DNA of 62,486 nt, filler included, from Hausera hauseri (lineage: Eukaryota), in assembly GCA_046269625.1 (NCBI GenBank). It is 12 parts of 12 records of this genome, joined end to end, with 100 filler letters (N's around TTAATTAATTAA, not from the genome) between each part and the next. Parts side by side here need not be neighbours in the genome. Positions count along the whole stretch, not along the records: positions 23,095 to 28,382 come from JBJURY010289725.1; positions 28,483 to 32,728 come from JBJURY010678551.1; positions 32,829 to 39,365 come from JBJURY010089543.1; 9 more parts are not named here. One strand, written 5' to 3'. A model generated the notes under the pieces. That model saw nothing but the letters and a program-made list of their open reading frames with translations. It made no database searches and was not told where the DNA came from. Below, piece after piece: positions 23,095 through 35,770 of this stretch. Positions within the stretch are counted from its first letter, which is position 1. Each line of letters starts with the position of its first letter. The position numbers were made by a program, and so were the translations under genes.

Positions 23095-26000
23095 TTCATC
23101 ACTAGTATAACATGAATTGCTAGTTGTTTCATAGCTTGACACAACCAAATCGATGGATCCCGTAGACATATTTGATCCATCTGAGCTGACAACTGAAATG
23201 AGACCAACAATTGAGGGATTTATCCAAATTTTATTTGATTCGCCATTAGTTCCAATCCAATAGATTATACCCTTTTTATCAAAATCGTTAGTATACTTAA
23301 ATTCCAATTTTTCATGAGTTGTCTCTGCACACAGTTTGAAAAAGTGATACGTACTTCTTGGATAATCAAACCATTGTTTTAGAGTCTTTTCCAATATGTA
23401 TTTTTCCAATTGTTCAACTGTCACAAGAGGTTTAACTTTCATCGTTTTATCAGTTCGGTCATAAAGTGCATCTTCGTCGGCACCCTTCAGTAATGTCAGC
23501 TTAAAGGGACGTGATAATAGTTGTCCATTGGTCGAAATAACAGCTGGTGAGATACCAAGACTGTTATTTGTACCAGATCCAATGTTGTTGTAACAAAATA
23601 TCGGGAAACGTTCTAAATGTTCCAATGATTGGATGCATTTCTTTACCAAATTAGCTCCCGTCAAATTAAAACATTTCTTGAATACATTAACACGGCGTTC
23701 TAAATGGATACAAGAGAAACAATTTGTTTTGCATTGCGAATAACCTAGACTGATGAGCAGTGAAGACAGAACATTACTCACGATTAACTCATACGCAGTA
23801 ATGTTCATTTCATCCAAAAGTAACTCGCTAAGTTTATTGAAACAATCTTCGATGTCAATAAGATTGTCGTCTTGATGAGCTTTTAACAACCGATCCGACA
23901 AACTTCGTAAGTTTCCAAGATTTTCATTCAATTCTAATTCTTTTTCTGGTGTCAATTCACGATTTTTGGAACCAACCGACGGTGCTTGTCGGACCAACTT
24001 TTCATACACAATCTGCGCTAATTGGTGGATTTTACTACGAATAAATTCCGAATGAGACTTCATTTTTTTGAAAACTTGCTTTGTGTGCCAGAATGGTGTA
24101 TCCGATTTATGCTCTACGTGCTCCAGCAATTCTCCACTTGAATATTGACATGATACACTTTTAGCTTCTTCGGCACTTACCATTTGAGATATTTTCTTCG
24201 TTAGTTTAATCCCTCTACTGTAATCACCAAGGATTAAATATTCGGACAAAAGAGAATTTGATGCATCATCATTAGTCACAGTAATAACAAGAATGTCATT
24301 CTCAGCAGTGTGACTAAACAAAATACCTTTGAATATACGACTAGTACTCCGATTAGATATGGAAAACAAATTCTTGGACACACTTTTTGACTGAATATTT
24401 AAAAGTTCAGTGGAGAACACTTTAAACAGATCTTCCCGAGATGATTTATCTAAATTTCCAAAGAAACTATTTGGTTTGTTTTGAACGGCAATTGATAGCT
24501 TTAATTCATTATTTTTCAATGATTCAGAAGATAAATCGGTTTCGATCAAGGCTTTAGAATTGAATAAGAACACGGAATTATTTGTGAAGAAACTGCTCCA
24601 TTCACGCCAATAGTACTGATTATATATAATGAGATTGTCTGCAATTGGCATCACTGACATTTGGAAATCGATGAAACACTGGCCTTCGGCCTGCAAGTTC
24701 CTGAACGGTGCCAAAGTGTTCTCTATAACAGCATGAATTCTCGGAACGACACCCAATCTGGCGAACGGTTTCATATACTTTTCCGAACATTTACTCAGAA
24801 ATTCTTTACTCATTTCCAATGCAAGTAACATTTTCCTCGTCGCTATCGGTAAGAATAGAGAACACCACTTGTGTGATGCAATACGAAAATAGAACGTGAT
24901 TTAATCTCATGTCGGAAATTTTATCTAGCAAACTCTTATTCGTATACTGGCCCATCTTTTTTAATAGAGACAATGAATTACGTTTGACATTGCTATTCAG
25001 TGTCTCTTTGAAATTATTCAGAATAACTTGCATTAACTTTTCAAGAAAGATCATTTGAATTTCGGGATCTAACAGTTCTTCGGAATTTTTCGACTCTGTT
25101 TCTTCGAACGCAGATTGGTAACATTCTGCAACAGAAAGTATCTGTATAACTTCTTGGTGATTGCTATCATTAGCTTTCTCTCGAGCTTTGTCAATCGGTG
25201 GTTTACCTTCTTCGTCTTGCAAATGCGGATTAGCGTTGTATCGAAGCAGCACTTTAACAATATCTGGTTTACCAAAACAGGCTGCATAATGCAAAGATGA
25301 TGAACGAACACTTTTATCGACATCTGCACCACGTGCACAAAGATACTCTACCATTTCAGTCGTTCCAAAGACACAAGCCCAATTTAAAGGAGATTGTCCC
25401 ATTTCATCGCTGCAATCAATATGGAAGTTTCCATTTTCGAAAGTGTCAATAAAAACGTTTGTATCTTTGCTTCGGATTGCTTCAACAAGACTTCTTAAAG
25501 CCAAATCTTTCTTCCAAGCCGACGATGATATCGGGGAAATATCAATTGTTTTCGATGACTGCAATTTATCCGACAGTTGTTTGCTCGAATCGGACAATTT
25601 CGAATCAGAATTGTCCTCAGTTCGTTGTTCAACTAAAGTCTCCTTTCTATCCTTGACCGACAAAGCCCGGTGGCCTTGAAACAGCAACATCAAAAACGTA
25701 TCAATCAATCGCGGCAACACATCGCCAATCATTAAATCGGGCTGGGTAGAAATCATATCGGCTAACGTCGATGCTAAATCTTCCGAAATCAAAAACCAGC
25801 ACATCAGTTGTTTAAAACCCCGACAAAACGCCAAAATTAGATTGCTGAGACTCTCAACTTGACTACTGTTATTTTGTAAACCATTTGTTGAATCGCGTTG
25901 ATTGTTGACTTTCTTTACGTATTCTATCAATTCACCGGCGTATATCTCCGAACCAGTTTTGCAAGAATGTAGCAAAATTTCTGAAGGTTTTCTGATAGTA

Positions 26001-27466
26001 ATTTGTTCTTCATTCTTGCAGATTACGTTTGTAGATTGTGAGACTGTGTCATTGTTTGATGAGACATTTGCAAAAAGGATTTTTATAACATCCAATGCCA
26101 TATAATTGACGTCACATTCATGTGCCAACCCTTCAGTTAATTTCTCATAATTCTTCACGTTTTGAAGAACCATCGATAGCAGTTCAAAATTGTTACCAAT
26201 TTCACTAAATAAGTCCATTATCAGCCACAATGTGAACAAAACTTTTCGATGTTTAAGTCGAATTTCTGATTTCGTTTTGTTATTTATTTCATTTTGTAAC
26301 TGAAATATGTCCGACTGGATTACGTCCCATTCACCGTTTTGGAGTTTTTGTTTGAACACATCCAATTTTGCTTGTTCTGATTTGCTATCGAATTCCGCCC
26401 TTAAGACATTTTTACTAATCGTAACAATATTTTCAAATTCGTTTATGCACTCGACGACTTTCGTTACATAATATTCACATTTTACAGTTAAACGTAACAA
26501 ATCTAATTCGTCCATGTCAAGAATTTTTTGATTTTTGTCTTGTACATGCAACCACAATCGTTTGTCAAATGGACATGGAGTTGAACCGTCATTCAGAAAA
26601 TTGAAACAACGTTTGCATAGAGCATGTTTACACGGATTTAGTATGACATAATCGACAGTTTGATAAGATTCAAAACAAATTCCACATTCGGTTTGATTGT
26701 AGTACATAATTTGTCTGTTTTGGATAATGTTGACTCCAACAGCTTTCTGCAAACGATTGACTAACTGGCTCAGTAATTCATCACTGGCAACTTTCGTTGG
26801 ATCATGGCCTTGTCGATTGAATCTTTCAACTAAGTTGGAAAAGTATTTTAATGTTAAATCGCTGATTGACGAATTTTTATGTTCGAGAAAACGACTTAAA
26901 CACTTCACCCAACCGGTTAAATCGATATCTGTGGCCGATGCCTTGCTGCATAACTTCGTTGTAGACTCCATCGCAGATGAAATTATGTCACCGTGCAATT
27001 TTCTACTGTAATTATAAACAAAATTTAGTATATATGTCAATTCACCGAGTTCATAAACTAACGATGATTCTCTGTTGCAAATTGTCTGTAATAATTTAAT
27101 AATCTGCTGTCCTAATTCATTGCTTTTCTCGTCCTTCATTTCAACGACGTCCAATCGTGCTGCTATTGCTTTTACGGCACCAGGAGCTTGAACAACTCTC
27201 CGAGCACATTCATTTGATAAATCCAAATAATACGTTATTGCTCGAGCATCAGCTTTTAATACCAAATCCGGGGCAGTCTCATCAAGAAATATTTTACATA
27301 ATGCCGGTAAAAATGTTAACGGTTGATATCGTTCGAAAAACGTATCAACATTGTCCGAAAAAAGTACGTCATTACAAAGTTGTTCTAAAGCCATTAGTTG
27401 AATTTCTCGTGACTCACTACCGTCCATTTGTAACCATTCTAACACTGTTACTGGATCAGCTTCCAT
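23095..27466 (-). CDS. HECTD1: HECTD1-like E3 ubiquitin ligase, N-terminal half, with RING insertion and one frameshift
   Basis: MEADPVTVLEWLQM..IQLMALEQLC..FLPALCKIFLDETAPD N-terminus; ankyrin repeats (GQSPLNWACVFGT, SSSLHYAACFG); LYDRTDKTMKVKPL..KQWFD..DFDKKGIIYWIGTN. Frameshift near 24830; no introns seen. The HECT domain would lie beyond the contig end. Confidence 0.93.
26564..26686 (-). other. RING finger (C3HC3D type) inside the HECTD1 frame
   Basis: CGIC-x14-CKH-x2-CKRC-x10-CPFD. Confidence 0.88.
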
Positions 27467-29774
27467 CTGCAACGGTAAATAGGCAATAAAAATTATGACT
27501 TTCAGAAATAAGTTTTTTAAAAATTTAAATTTATTGAACAATATTCGAAAATAATGAACGCAGTTAAACAATCAAATTATTCATAAATGCGGAATTAACT
27601 GTGGCACATAAAATGATCATTCGGTACTTCTCATTACTAATGTCATATATAACATGTATATTATTCAGAGTTATCAGCAAAAAACGGATCTAGTGTCGGC
27701 TATTTACACTGATATACTATTTTTTGCTGATCACCAAATTTTCGGGAACCGATTCTGTGAAGACGGATAGTCCTGTGAAATATATTCTGCCTGGTTCTTT
27801 TCAATCTAAAAGTAAAACAAATCACTTATATACAGAGTTGCAATGGTACTCTAACACTTGGATTGAGAATTCTTATTCGATATTGGTGATTTAGAATTTT
27901 AAATTTATTTTCTGTTATAGCAGTAAATTATATTATCTTAAATAATTCAACAATGAGATTGTAAGCCTTTGTCGTTTCTCATTAGTCGATGCAAATTTGT
28001 AGGATCGCAGTACTTCATGCACACAGTACTTTTTATTGTGTTCCAAATTACTTTTAGGCACATGCACTTATGAAGTATACCACAATTTATCTGTGTATGC
28101 ATGCATAGATAATTTTGAATTTTTGTCTACATTTTCAGTTGCGAATTCTGAACCATATTGGACACTTAAAATAAAACCGTGCTTTATCTATTTATCATAA
28201 AGGCCATCTTTAACGTTATTTTGTAAAATTTCAGAAAATATTACTAAAATAATAGTATAAGTAAGAGAACTAGAAGATTTCATATCAATTTATACTTCGA
28301 ATATATAATTGACATTATTCAAACAAATTATCATATTTTCTAACTTCCCTCTCCCGCCGTTTTGTTGTTTAACGTCACTCTTNNNNNNNNNNNNNNNNNN
28401 NNNNNNNNNNNNNNNNNNNNNNNNNNTTAATTAATTAANNNNNNNNNNNNNNNNNNNNNNNNNNNNNNNNNNNNNNNNNNNNTATTGTCTGATTATAGTA
28501 TTATTTGACCTGTTTTACAACATTTACAATCTGAATTATTTGATGCCATATTTAATGCATATTTTATAATTAAAGTGTTGGGAGTCGTTGTATTATGGTT
28601 GCAATGGGTTGGGTTTTCAAATTTTTATTATTATTTTATTTTTATTATTTGCGAACGAATGAAATTTAAAAAAAATTAAGACGCTAACCCGTACCAGCCA
28701 TTATACCATTTTTAATGCCGGAAATTGTATTAACGTAAAAAATTTCGGATTAATACCATGTAAAAAAGGGAGTTTTTCGAATATTAAAACAACAAAATAA
28801 AAATAAAAGTATGTCGGGTGAATCAGACTATCATGCACTAACCCTTCACAACTTCGTTATTTTGATGTTCTACGCCGTTTCGAAGAATTTTGAGAATAAG
28901 ACATTTTCCAAATTTGAAAAAATATTCTTTTTTATTTTGAATGTACAAATTTATTAAATAATTCGGGTTCAGTGATACTGAAAAATTTACATCAATCTCT
29001 GTTACTTCCCATCTTAAATTATTTGTAAAATAATACTAAATCCTAACGGAAACTGTACAAAAATATATTCAATGAAAATTAATTGCCTTTTACTATTTGT
29101 TTATTCACAGGCGTTTATTCCGTCATTGTATACATCGACTTTCTGACTTAAATAATTTATTCTTGTTTGATGATCTTCGAGGCAAATTTGACATTTGATG
29201 TATCCGGCATTTTTACTACGATTTAATTGAAATGTACAAGATTCATCATGATATCCACAATATTTTAGATTAAATTCCAAATTAGAAAGTAATTCTTTCT
29301 AAAGTTATGTTGTTGAGATATGTTTGACATCAGATCGATAATTGGTGATGAGCATTAAGATATTGTGGTAATGAAATCGTGATAATGACACATGTTAATC
29401 CCCTTCCATAAAAGTCCAGAAATTTTACGGAACCGAAATTTTACGGAACCGATAAATTCAGTGGGTATTTTTATGTGCTCAACATGCTTTAGTTGGGCTT
29501 GTATTGTCATTCATTACTTCCAACTTCAATCCAGGCTTTTCAACGACGATTATAAAACAAACGGTAAAAATGAAAAGATAAAATAATTGGTAACCTGCTA
29601 AACAATCAAATAAGAATATTGATTTTATTTGACACTGATATGTTCTGTTCGGTTGCCAAACAAACACAGGCCAAAAGGTAAAAAGGCAGGACGAAAACCG
29701 TGCCGGCCTAGCTGCACCGAACTGTGACCCGATTGCCAAAAATAGAGGGCCATGTCCTAAACCGTGGCACTATA

Positions 29775-32728
29775 TCACCTTCCCCCCGTGGAAGAAAAGA
29801 AACTGTAAAGCAAAACAGAAAGAGAGCAAAACGCAAAAAATGTTTAGTGCCTATTTGGTTTTGGTGTGTATTATGCGTTGTCTTCCGTCTACGGATTTTT
29901 TCCTACTATAGGTACTAAATGTCACTGCATGCCTTATTTGATTGATTTGTGCTTGAATGTTGAACGATATTTTGTGGTAGACGTTTTATAAGGTATTCTG
30001 ATTCAATGTGCTGTGTTGCTTGTGGTGAAGACGTTGAAGACAGTGAAAAGAATAAATCAAGCAATAGAGATGAAGAAACTGAAGGCCGTGGAGATTATGA
30101 AAGAGAGGGAAGAGAGGTGGGCGGAGAAAACAAAATAAGCGATATTGGTACGGTAAGCGGTGCGGAAGATGAGGATGATTTAGTGTGAGAGAAAAGTGGT
30201 TGCTGCAACGGAGCGAAGTCGTGGAGAAAGTTTGAGGAAGGAATAGAAGTAGTGAGAGTTGAGTTAGGGTTGGAAGTAGAATCGGTATCCAGATTGTCGT
30301 CAACGAAGAAAGTGGGCTTAAGATTCGAAATGTGGACGTTTTAGGGTTTGTCTTGGCATAAGATGGCAACTGTATGAGATGAGAGGTGAAGCAGTTTGTA
30401 TGGGTCAATATACTGAGGTCGAAAACCCAAAGGTGATTGATCCTTCAGCCATACAAACTTGGCTTAGTATAAATCCTTCGAAATGTACGATTTGTTATTG
30501 TTAAATAGGCGGCAGAACGAGTCTGTGCTGATCTTAACGAAGTGAGACTGTGCCGCGCGAATGTTTTCGTCTGTCGGATTGTAATCGAGGTCGGAAAGTT
30601 CGAACAGAGCCCTATTGAAGTCCCAAGAAGTGTCTCGGCTGGAGCACAACCCGTGGTGGTGGAAGGAGTGTTGCCCCAACCGAGTAGAACAAATGGTAGG
30701 ATGGACGTCCAATTGCGTTGATTGTCTGCCAATATTTTTAAAGAAATTTTTATTGTTCGATGGAACCTTTCAAAAAAGCCATTTGATTGTGGATGGTACG
30801 GCATTGTATGGAAATGTGATATCCCCAAGCGTTTAACGAGCGATTTAAAGAGTTCCGATTCGAACTGCGGACCTTGGTCCTTTATGATTTGCCATGGGAA
30901 TCCAAAACGACCGATTCAGATTTTAATGAAGGCATCTGCTACTGAATCAGTGTTTGTTGAACGGAAAGGAATAGCTCCATGCTAGCAAGAAGCACGATCG
31001 ATCAGAGTGAGAATATGTTGATACCCGTTGTCAGAATGTAAGGGTCCAACGAGATCAAGATGGACGGTATGAAAACGTGACGTACAGGGGAAATGGTAAA
31101 GCGGCGGTTCAAAATGTTTCTTGACTTTGTATTTTTGACAGGCTATGCATTCCTTAACCCAACCTTGTACATCTGTGCGCATTGATGGCCAAACTACATG
31201 ACGTTGGAGCAAGCGAAATGTGGCTTTCGAGCCTGGATGATGAAGTGAATGCGTGTGAAGGAAAGCTAGTTTCTGCAAGGAAGGAGCAAGAATGATTTTT
31301 TATTACCGGGTTAGATGTGTAGTATGCAATGCCATCAATGATTTGGAAGGCTCTGAAAGAGCTAAGAATATCAGCAGACGGCTGACTAAGCTTTAGAATT
31401 TCTGTAGAAAGTATTAGTTAAACCGTAATTGAGCCGATCGACCGCGACAGGAAATCCGCGACCAAATTCTCAGTACCTGAAATATACTTTATCACAAAAC
31501 TAAATGTAGATAGATACGATATCTGTCGTTTCTGCCTCGGTGATGGCTATTTTAGTAACATGATGTGCAGCAGAGGCCTTCACGTAAGTAATCGAATTTT
31601 GTGACTAAATAAGGAGTCCACTGGATTAACTGTCGTTTCTTTCCAGATGAGAGGTGTGCGAAAGGTGCTGTAAGCTCAGAGCAATGCGATACGTATTTAT
31701 GGACGAAATGTAGTGTGCCAAGCAAACTCCTCATATCTGTAGTGGTCGTTGGTAGTATTACATTTTTCAATTGCTGTAGTCGATCAGGTTGTGGAAAGTG
31801 GCCATGAGGACTGATGACGTGGCCTAAGAAATTGAGACGTTTCTGAAAGAAGTTGCAGTTGGAAAAGTTAACTTGTAAGTTGCTATGATGTGGTCTGTGA
31901 AAAATAATTTACAGATGTTCATGGTGATGTTTGACGGAGTTGAACGCAACTAATATGTCATCGATGTACGGATGAACAAAATCAAGGTCTGAGAAAAAGG
32001 TGTCGATGTGGCGTTGAAAGGTTTGGGCTGCGTTACGTAAACTGAATGTCATAAAGATGTATTTGCAAAGGCGAAATGGAGTGATGACAGCATTCTTTGT
32101 AATGTCATTGGGTGCAAGGGAATTTGATGGTAGGCTTTGTGCAGATCTATTTTGGAATAGGTATTGGTGTTGTTAAGACTGTGCAGGATGTACTTTATGA
32201 GTGGTAATGGGTAAGCATCCATGATGGTTAGATTGTTTATTTGACGGTAGTCGCCACATGGTTGAAAGGTACCGTCTATTGTGCTACTACATGTAGTGGT
32301 GAATCCCGTGGTGATTTTGACCTCCGAATGATACCAGATTTTTTGAGCTTGTTAAACTCTAATTTTACGGCTTTTCATATACGAGGAGATAATGGTCTCA
32401 TCTTTTGTCTGATAGGTCCTTGGTGTTGGGTGACAATGTGATGATAAATTGTTGATGGGGCTTAAAACTAGAGTCCATTTTGAGTATGCGAAAACAAGAG
32501 GAAATGATGTAGGATTTGAGATTGGAATCTAGTGATAAAAATGATTGAGGCATATTATCATGGAAGCGGTGACTGTGATTGGCGAATAACGAACGATATC
32601 GCCGCCATCAACATTCGGTTTAACCGATTGTTTTAAAATCGACTTCGATACTTGAGATGTAATTGAGAAAATAGATAAACTACTAAATGTATCGTTATCA
32701 ACCGACGAGCAATTTGCCAAATTCACAT
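29775..32728 (-). mobile_element. Ty3/gypsy family A copy 3, decayed; most of RNase H deleted
   Basis: Minus strand: PCGDYR, HPYIDD, MRSLLGTLHFVHKYV, HHPG..CIAC..VHLDLVGP, YHPQSNGFFERFHR. PPT-like ACGGGGGGAAGGTGA at 29789-29775, then TATAGTGCC (LTR start with a TG>TA change). Confidence 0.93.
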
Positions 32729-32828
32729 NNNNNNNNNNNNNNNNNNNNNNNNNNNNNNNNNNNNNNNNNNNNTTAATTAATTAANNNNNNNNNNNNNNNN
32801 NNNNNNNNNNNNNNNNNNNNNNNNNNNN

Positions 32829-34020
32829 TTCGATCAACCAACACTGACTCAGTGGTTGATGCATTTATCATGATATGGGTCAGTCGTTTTGGTTCACCAC
32901 GTCATATCATAACGGGCCAGAGTCCGCAATTTGAATCTGACCTCTTTAAATCTCTAATAAGGCACTTGGGGATAGCCCACTTCCGTATGATGCCGTACCA
33001 TCCCCAAGCAAATGGCCTTCTTGAGAGATTCCACCGCAACATGAAGATTTCTTTAAGAATTCTGGCAAACAACAATTGTAATTGGACCTCGATTGGACCT
33101 ACTTGGTTGGCGCAACACGCTATCCACTAACATAGTTTGTGCTCCGGTTAAAGCTCTCTTTGGGACGCCAATTCGTGCACTATTTGAGCTTTCCAATCTG
33201 GATGAAAGTCCATCAGATGACGTCATTCGTGCAGCACAGTCCCACTTTGTAGAGGTAAACTCAAATGCATTTTGCCATCTTATAAATAAAGACAAATCTT
33301 ATATTCCAGAGGACATATACTTAGCCAAATTTGTATGGCTGAAGGATCCTTCACCGTCTGGTTTTTGGCCTCAATACGTTGGCCCTTACAAACTACTAAA
33401 TCTTTGTTCGCACACCGCTACTATTTTACGCAAGGACAAACCTCAAAATGTACATATCTCTAATTTTAAGCCAGCATTCTTCGTTGATGATGACCAGGAT
33501 AACAGCCTTGTTTCAAATCCTGACTCTAGTTTCTCTACCTGTGAGCCATTATCTAATTTCTTCGATAATTTTGAGCCGTCGCAGCAATCGAGTCACAATC
33601 ACTCCTTTTCACTTCCGTAATCGTTCACTGTTCATTCACCACTCACATCGCCGTTATCGCCTGCACACCCACCACTCACTTCACCGTTATCGCACGATTT
33701 ACTTCCACCTCCAGTCTCGCCTCTTTCGCTTCGCCCACTTTACTCTTCAGTTTCTTCTCCATTTTCACCTCTTCATGAAACATCCTCCCGAAATATCACA
33801 AAATCCACAGATTCTTTTCCTCAAACAACCCCACAGGCACTAGAAACATCTAACAGATCACGTCATGTGACGTTTAGCACTTACAGCAGGGAGAATTTCA
33901 TAGATGGAGTCCAACGTCTAACACGTGCCAAAACCGAATAGGTATCAGCTCTTCCTTATGCCTCCTATAATTTCCATTTATTTTCTTCTCTTCATAGTCT
34001 TCGTCTTGCCACGGGGGTGA
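32829..34020 (+). mobile_element. Ty3/gypsy family A copy 4 (integrase 3' half, tail, PPT)
   Basis: WVSRFGSP, YHPQANGLLERFHR, YVGPY. ACGGGGGTGA at 34011-34020 is followed by TGTAGTGC. Confidence 0.92.
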
Positions 34021-34502
34021 TGTAGTGCAGAAATTAATATTTATTGAATTAATTATTAATATTGCAGTGTTTCATGTGATGAGTAGTAAGATACAAGATA
34101 AAGATTTTATGACTAAATGAGGAAATATTCATGTAAATGATTCAACGGAATACATCGACAATTGATGGACTGTGACGTGAATGCAGTGGCGGGGGGTTTT
34201 CATAGATGAGACCCAAATGTTACATTTAACGAAATGAGGTAGAATGTTATATATAATGAAATGACGTTGATTGTTTTAAATACGCGATATCACACTTACA
34301 TGCAAAAAGGTATTTTTAAATGTTGTAAAATAAATTTGATTTGTAAAATATCAACTTTTGATATTTGAAAATTTATGCGAACGACGAAACGAACGAAAGT
34401 AGCATTACTCACAATGTATTCCAAAGATTGGAAATTACCAAATTTCAAAAATGCATTGTTGGTGCATTGGAATGTACCGAAGGCTATTTCCGTGCACCTA
34501 CA
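34021..34502 (+). repeat. Candidate LTR
   Basis: Begins TGTAGTGC right after the PPT and ends GCACCTACA (near-inverted match), followed by AAA-TGGGGTGACA (PBS-like). Confidence 0.45.
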
Positions 34503-34659
34503 AAATGGGGTGACAAATCTGACTTTTTTTGTAGCTGCCAAAATTTTCTACAGGTCCGGTGTATGGGATGATATCAAAATCTTACGTCTACGGAAGAGAT
34601 TAGGAAGGAGGCTAACATTTTGGGTGACAGCCAAACCGTAGAAGAGTACACAAATGCAG

Positions 34660-35770
34660 TGAAGGCTCTTCCGGGATACGGTAAAGGCTACCAACATGAA
34701 TCTCGGAAAGACACAGTACATGAAACCAAAGGAATATGACAGAAGACCGGTTATACACAACTGTGGAACAGAGTATCCGAGAAAATAAAGGTTTAAAACT
34801 AGGTCAATGAACAACAATATTACTCAGGACAAGAAACCACCTTTCAGTTTGATTACAGATAGGAGAAGACAGGCTCCAACTCACTTTGCGTATAATGAAG
34901 CCAGTAAGCTCTACTGCCGCGTAAAACACCTACCAGCACTAAAAGTAAAAGTGCTATCTAAGGGTGATTGTTTTGCTGTAGAAAACATGGACACATTAAA
35001 ATAAACTGCCTGTGGTGCCCCGGGCGTGGCATTCCGTCCTCGTTATTTACAACTTCAAAATTAGAAAAACTGAAATCGACAAAATTCTACATTAACAGTC
35101 AACAATTTTCCTTCCAAATATTAAAACTAATGTGAACAGGCGCCGAAGACTGATGCATGCTCGATTCGCCCCACCTTGATAATTTCTTTTTGTGATTTTG
35201 CAAAACAAAAATCTCGTAAAAAAGTTTTTTAATTTGTTTAAATAATTCTCTTTTTGGTTCTCAGGAAGTTTCTCGTGTTTTTTACTGGAAGACATTTTTT
35301 GGTATTTTTAATTCGATGATCACCGTGACCCGCAGGATTCAAAGCTTATTCTCCGACGATGACAAAATTGGGGGTTTCAGTCAGGCTGCTATCATGACGC
35401 AATCAAACCCCCTGAAAGGTCTGGCAGTTTCTGTTCTAAAATTTGCTGTAAAATGATTCAGGGAAAATTTGTATTCCGTTGGGAGCTCACAAATGCTGTC
35501 ACAAATGAATTCACACACGAATTCACACTACCCTATGAACAACTAATGTTTGATTGTAGAACAGTGGGCACGGATTGAGAAACTGTTTCAAATTACGACA
35601 GGTAAATCCAATGTGTGTGCAAGAGATGTATGAAGACCATGGAGATGAAGTAGTGCCCTATGAAGATGACGTTCAGGAAACTTTAAACGCAAAAAACTCT
35701 GCTGTGAGCATTTTGTCAGTGGAGTTTGTTGATCTCGTCGCGACGTAGAGCAAATCTCAGGAATGTTATA
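34660..35770 (+). mobile_element. Gypsy family B gag remnant (CCHC knuckle), split by an insertion
   Basis: Aligns by eye with 55795-56300 on both sides of 35011-35530. Confidence 0.8.
35011..35531 (+). repeat. About 520-bp insertion, probable solo LTR
   Basis: Absent from the homologous site at about 56085. Starts TGTGGTGCCC (same as 21835) and ends CACTAC. TSD not cleanly resolved. Confidence 0.6.
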
